A stretch of 64,000 nucleotides of DNA from Gemmatimonadota bacterium (GTDB lineage Bacteria; Gemmatimonadota; Gemmatimonadetes; Longimicrobiales; Gaopeijiaceae), in contig JBDHHQ010000012.1 in assembly GCA_039589315.1 (NCBI GenBank), positions 54,927 to 118,926 on the forward strand, given 5' to 3'. Below are positions 60,020 to 64,000 of the stretch, one piece after another. The position numbers were made by a program, and so were the translations under genes. The notes below the pieces were generated by a model. It saw only the letters and a list, made by a program, of their open reading frames with translations. It did not search any database and was not told the DNA's origin. Every line of letters begins with the position of its first letter. Within the stretch, counting starts at the first letter, position 1.

Positions 60020-61204
60020 ATGGCTGGCAAGTTTCAGGGAATAGACTTCTATGACGTGGCTTCGCTCCTGAACGAAGAGGAGCGGATGATCCGGGACACG
60101 ATCCGGGAATGGGTCGAGGACCGCGTCATGCCCATCATCGGCGACGCGTACGTGGAGCGCCGCTTTCCCAAAGAGCTGATCCCCGAGATCGGCGAGATGG
60201 GCATGCTCGGCGCCAACCTGCCCGAGGAATACGGCTGCGCGGGGCTCAACAACGTGGCGTATGGCCTCATCAACCAGGAGCTGGAGCGGGGCGACTCGGG
60301 CCTTCGGTCCTTCTCGTCGGTCCAGGGCGCCCTGGTCATGTACCCCATCCACGAGTTCGGCTCCGAGGAGCACCGTCGGGAGTGGCTGCCCAAGCTGGCC
60401 ACGGCCGAGAAGATCGGCTGCTTCGGGCTCACCGAGCCGGACTACGGGTCCAACCCGGTCGGCATGATCACGACGGCCAAGAAGACCGGCGATGGTTGGG
60501 TGCTCAACGGCACCAAGATGTGGATCACCAACGGATCCATGGCCGACGTGGCCGTCGTTTGGGCTCAGACCGGAGAGATCGGCGACGCCCGGGGAATCCG
60601 CGGCTTCGTCGTGCCCACCGATACCCCCGGCTTCACTGCCCGGGACCAGAAGGGAAAGCTGAGCCTTCTGGCGTCCGACACCAGCGAGTTGCACCTGGAC
60701 GACGTCCACGTGGGCGACGACGCCCTCATGCCCGAGACCTCCAGCATCAAGCAGCCCCTCATGTGCCTCACCCAGGCCCGCTACGGCATCGCGTGGGGCG
60801 CCGTCGGAGCCGCCATGGCGTGCTTCGACGAGGCCCGGAGCTACGCCACCGAGCGGGTGATGTTCGACGGGCCCATCGGTGGCAAGCAGATCCAGCAGGT
60901 ACGCCTGGCCGACATGGTGACGCAGATCACCCAGGGCCAGCTCATGTGCCTACGTCTCGGCCGCCTGAAGGACGAGGGCACCATGACGCCGGACCAGGTC
61001 TCGATGGCCAAGCGGGCCAACGTGAACATGGCGTGCGACATCGCCCGGGAAGGCCGTCGGCTGCTGGGCGCGAACGGGATCCTGGTCGAGTACCACTCCA
61101 TGCGGCATATGGCCAACCTCGAGTCGGTTTACACGTACGAAGGCACGCACGACATCCACTCGCTCATCCTGGGTCAGGCGGTGACCGGGATCAGCGCGTT
61201 CTGA
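60020..61204 (+). CDS. gcdH: Acyl-CoA dehydrogenase (glutaryl-CoA dehydrogenase-like)
   Basis: ELERGDSGLRS, GCFGLTEPDYGSNP, KMWITNG, TYEGTHDIH.LILG. Confidence 0.85.
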   Translation: MAGKFQGIDFYDVASLLNEEERMIRDTIREWVEDRVMPIIGDAYVERRFPKELIPEIGEMGMLGANLPEEYGCAGLNNVAYGLINQELERGDSGLRSFSSVQGALVMYPIHEFGSEEHRREWLPKLATAEKIGCFGLTEPDYGSNPVGMITTAKKTGDGWVLNGTKMWITNGSMADVAVVWAQTGEIGDARGIRGFVVPTDTPGFTARDQKGKLSLLASDTSELHLDDVHVGDDALMPETSSIKQPLMCLTQARYGIAWGAVGAAMACFDEARSYATERVMFDGPIGGKQIQQVRLADMVTQITQGQLMCLRLGRLKDEGTMTPDQVSMAKRANVNMACDIAREGRRLLGANGILVEYHSMRHMANLESVYTYEGTHDIHSLILGQAVTGISAF

Positions 61205-61214
61205 GGGACGGGCC

Positions 61215-61317
61215 ATCGCAGAACCGAGAGGCTCCCCCTCGCAGAGCTCGAGAGGCTTCCCATCGCAGAGCTCGGAGGGCTTCCCGGCGCAGAGCTCGAC
61301 GAGGCTCCCCGTCGCAC
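61215..61317. repeat. ~24-bp tandem repeat, about 4 copies
   Basis: Unit TCGCAGAGCTCGAGAGGCTTCCC; CGCAGA at 61217, 61240, 61264, 61288. Confidence 0.85.
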
Positions 61318-61351
61318 AACGCAATCAGAAGGACAGAAGGAGACATCGACG

Positions 61352-62257
61352 ATGCAAGACCATCTGAAGCATCCCGCGTTCGTGGCCGTGATCTTGGCGA
61401 CCGCGCTCATGATTCCCAGCGGGCTCACCGCCCAGGATCAGAACTGGGACGACGTGGAGATCCGGTCGGAGCGGGTGGCCGATGGCGTGCACGTGATCTT
61501 CGGTCGCGGCGGAAACATCGGCGTGTCCGTCGGGGACGACGGCGTCTTCCTCATCGATGACCAGTTCGCGCCGCTGACGGACCGGATCCTGGCCGCGGTG
61601 GCGGAGATCACGGATCAGGAGGTCCGGTTCGTCATCAACACGCACTGGCACGGCGATCACACCGGAGGGAACGAGAACCTGGGCGACGCCGGCGCGATCC
61701 TGGTGGCCCACGAGGCCGTGCGCCATCGCCTGTCTACCGAGTGGCTGCGGGAGCGCTTCGGTCAGGAGCCCCAGACGGTGGAGGCCCAGCCCGACGCGGC
61801 CTTGCCGGTCATCACCTTCACCCGGGACGTGACGTTCCACCTGAACGGCGACGACCTGCACGCGTTCCACGTGCCGGACGCCCACACCGACGGCGACGCC
61901 ATCATCCATTTCAGCGGGGCCAACGTCCTCCACATGGGCGACACCTTCTTCGTGGGCCGTTACCCGTTCATCGACGTCTCATCCGGTGGGTCGATCCAGG
62001 GTCTGATCGCGGCCGCGGACCGGGTCCTCGAAATGGCGAACGGGAACACGCGGATCATTCCAGGCCATGGGCCGGTATCCAGCGCTGACGATCTAGAGGC
62101 GTACCGAGACATGCTGGTACGCATCCGTGACGGCGTGGCCGAGGCCATCGCCGCGGGGATGACGCTCGAACAGACTGTGGCGGCGGGGATCACGGACGAG
62201 TACGAGAACCCGGAGGCGGTGGTTACGGCCGCCTACCTATCGCTGCAGGAGAACTGA
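61352..62257 (+). CDS. Secreted MBL-fold metallo-hydrolase (cyclase-like)
   Basis: GGNIGV, NTHWHGDHTGGN, AHTDGD, HMGD, IIPGHG. Confidence 0.92.
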   Translation: MQDHLKHPAFVAVILATALMIPSGLTAQDQNWDDVEIRSERVADGVHVIFGRGGNIGVSVGDDGVFLIDDQFAPLTDRILAAVAEITDQEVRFVINTHWHGDHTGGNENLGDAGAILVAHEAVRHRLSTEWLRERFGQEPQTVEAQPDAALPVITFTRDVTFHLNGDDLHAFHVPDAHTDGDAIIHFSGANVLHMGDTFFVGRYPFIDVSSGGSIQGLIAAADRVLEMANGNTRIIPGHGPVSSADDLEAYRDMLVRIRDGVAEAIAAGMTLEQTVAAGITDEYENPEAVVTAAYLSLQEN

Positions 62258-62691
62258 TGTCGGCAGTACGAATCCCGCTTCGGGGGGGAGCGGTGTCGCT
62301 CCTTTCCCTCCTGGCCCTCACCGCCTGCAATTCTGGCGGTAACACGTTCACGCAGGCCCGGTGCCCCTGCACCATCGAGGTGGCGGCGGGCGACGAGCAG
62401 ACCGGCGCGCCGGGGGCCATGCTCTCGGCAGAGCTCGTCATCCGGGTCGTTGATCAGGACGGCCTGGGTGTGCTCAGCGCCCCAGTCACCTGGCGCATCG
62501 GATCGGGGGGTGGTCAGATCGAACCCTCAACCGGTGCGATCGGCCTCCCGGGCGAGTCCACCACAGATCCAGGCGGCTTCAGCCGCGCGGATTGGACGTT
62601 GGGCCCGGAGACCGGCACGCAGACCGTGCAGGTCACGTCCATCGTGGCGTCGGGGGTCGCGGTCTTCACGGCCACGGCGGAGACGCCGTAG
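62257..62691 (+). CDS. Ig-like (Big_1) domain lipoprotein
   Basis: LTAC lipobox; GDEQTG, WTLGPETGTQTV, VFTATA. Confidence 0.8.
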   Translation: MSAVRIPLRGGAVSLLSLLALTACNSGGNTFTQARCPCTIEVAAGDEQTGAPGAMLSAELVIRVVDQDGLGVLSAPVTWRIGSGGGQIEPSTGAIGLPGESTTDPGGFSRADWTLGPETGTQTVQVTSIVASGVAVFTATAETP

Positions 62692-62749
62692 GGGGCAAGG
62701 CCAGACCGGGGGCGTGGGCCCTTGTACCGGCGCGACAGCACTTCCGACG

Positions 62750-63085
62750 GCTTCGGCGGATTCCGGTAACGCAGAGCCAGTCGGGTATGCCGAGGAACGG
62801 CCGCAGAATGGCGGCGCCACGCTCATCCGGAGACGCTTCCCCGCCGATCCTCGGAAGCGATCATGGCGATCGCCGCGTTGGGGGAAATATCGTCCCAGTC
62901 CACCCAGCGTAGCCCTCCCGAGCCTCCGAACCCCCGCGGAGCTCGACGAAGGCCGTGGTAGGAGGTGGGATCGACCGAAACAGCAGGATCAGGAGGACGG
63001 TGAGCCCGACGCTGGCGAAGAAGGCACGCCCGATCCAGGGGAGGCGCCCGAGAGTCTCCGGGACTCGGTTTCCGGACTGTCGACG
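62750..63085 (-). pseudogene. mtgA: Remnant of monofunctional peptidoglycan transglycosylase
   Basis: Manual translation: TM-LFRSIPPPTTAF, frameshift, RWVDWDDISPNAAIAMIASEDRR, then GKRLR in another frame; catalytic core missing. Confidence 0.6.
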
Positions 63086-63170
63086 GACGTGGCTCCCCCG
63101 TCCCCGCCGTCAGATTCAGGGCCCTTCGAACGTTTGTGGGGTGAGTCTTCCATCACCGCGGGTCACCTAC

Positions 63171-63557
63171 ATGAGCCGAGCTCCAGGATGCCGGCGACAT
63201 GCCCGGCTGCGCGCGCCGATCCTGATACCACTCCTGCTCGCCGGATGCTCCGATCCGGCCACGGTCGAAAGCGGGAGCGTGCAGGTCGTCGCGGACGAAG
63301 GCGCCTTCACCGTTCGGAATCGTGCGGCATCGGACTCGCTCGTCGTCGTGATCGTCGAGCGCGAGACGGCGGCTCTCATCGACCTGGCTCCCTGTGACGA
63401 GTGGCCCGACCCGATCGCTCCCCGCGGCGAGCGGCGCGTGCCTTACAACGCCGTCCTCGGGTACGAGGCCGGGGCCGAGGTCGCCTTCGTCTTCTGGTGC
63501 ACCCGCCTGAAGGGGAACGTGACCGACGGCGGCACGCTGACTGTGCCGTTCGACTGA
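63171..63557 (+). CDS. Hypothetical lipoprotein
   Basis: LLAGC lipobox; beta-rich body. Confidence 0.65.
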   Translation: MSRAPGCRRHARLRAPILIPLLLAGCSDPATVESGSVQVVADEGAFTVRNRAASDSLVVVIVERETAALIDLAPCDEWPDPIAPRGERRVPYNAVLGYEAGAEVAFVFWCTRLKGNVTDGGTLTVPFD

Positions 63558-63684
63558 GGGCGCCGCGGCGACGCTCCTGACGCCCCGGCACGCGCGGGCC
63601 TACGCCGCGCGCACGCGATCCGGCTCTTGCAGGCTCACAACTCGTCCCACCGGCGGTCCAATCGGGCACCGAAGGTGATCGTCT

Positions 63685-63820
63685 CCCTGCGTCGCGAGCG
63701 TCCCCGACGTGGCGATATCCAATGGCGTCGCGAGGGTCCCCGACGTCGCGGTTAGCCCTGGCGTCGCAATCATCCCCTGACGTCGCGAAGGTCCCAACGG
63801 CGCGATGGTCCCCTGGCGTC
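63685..63820. repeat. Degenerate ~18-bp tandem repeat, about 8 copies
   Basis: CGTCGCGA-type core at 63690, 63708, 63726, 63744, 63762, 63781, 63798, 63817. Confidence 0.75.
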
Positions 63821-64000
63821 GTGCGTGCCACCGCGGGCCGCGATCCCCCCCGACTCGTGTTGGTCCCCTGGCGTCGTCCGTGCCACCGCGGGCCGCGATC
63901 CTCCCCGACTCGTGTTGGTCCCCCGGCGTCGTGCGTGCCACCGCGGGCCGCGATCCCCCCGACTCGTGTTGGTCCCCGGCGTCGTGCGTGCCACCGCGGG
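63807..64000. repeat. 54-55-bp tandem repeat, at least 3.5 copies, runs off the window
   Basis: GGTCCCCTGGCGTCGTGCGTGCCACCGCGGGCCGCGATCCCCCCGACTCGTGTT starting at 63807, 63862, 63917, 63971. Confidence 0.93.

Noticed and set aside
61215..61317. Mini-CRISPR
   Set aside because: No spacers; simple tandem repeat
62935..62953. Extra copy of the 24-bp repeat
   Set aside because: Short partial match inside the mtgA remnant; likely chance
63807..64000. CRISPR array
   Set aside because: Units are contiguous near-identical copies with no unique spacers; no cas genes in the window

Overview
High-GC bacterial chromosomal window, probably Gemmatimonadota/Longimicrobiales (inferred from gene repertoire, not proven). 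It holds about 55 CDS: housekeeping genes (folE, queD, acyl-CoA ligase, cutA, leuA-like, phoB/phoR-like, ilvE, SDRs, arcC, IDH-family, glutaryl-CoA DH-like) mixed with many lipoproteins and outer-membrane beta-barrels. Highlights: (1) a minus-strand porin-multiheme cytochrome cluster (46.7-53.7 kb, about 46 heme motifs) including a NapC/NirT-anchored 20-heme protein, a candidate extracellular electron transfer conduit; (2) a secreted His/Cys leader peptide ending in a RAPP ribosome-arrest-like motif directly upstream of a Zn-type outer-membrane metal receptor; (3) a probable 6S RNA with its own -10 box upstream of folE; (4) two copies of a ~165-bp hairpin MITE, each sitting at a CTAG that overlaps a TAG stop codon; (5) several frameshifted or collapsed genes (phoR, mscS 5' end, VOC, AraC and mtgA remnants); (6) 24-bp and 18/55-bp tandem repeats. 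No tRNA, rRNA, CRISPR array or transposase was seen. All product calls come from motif recognition by eye; no database search was run.
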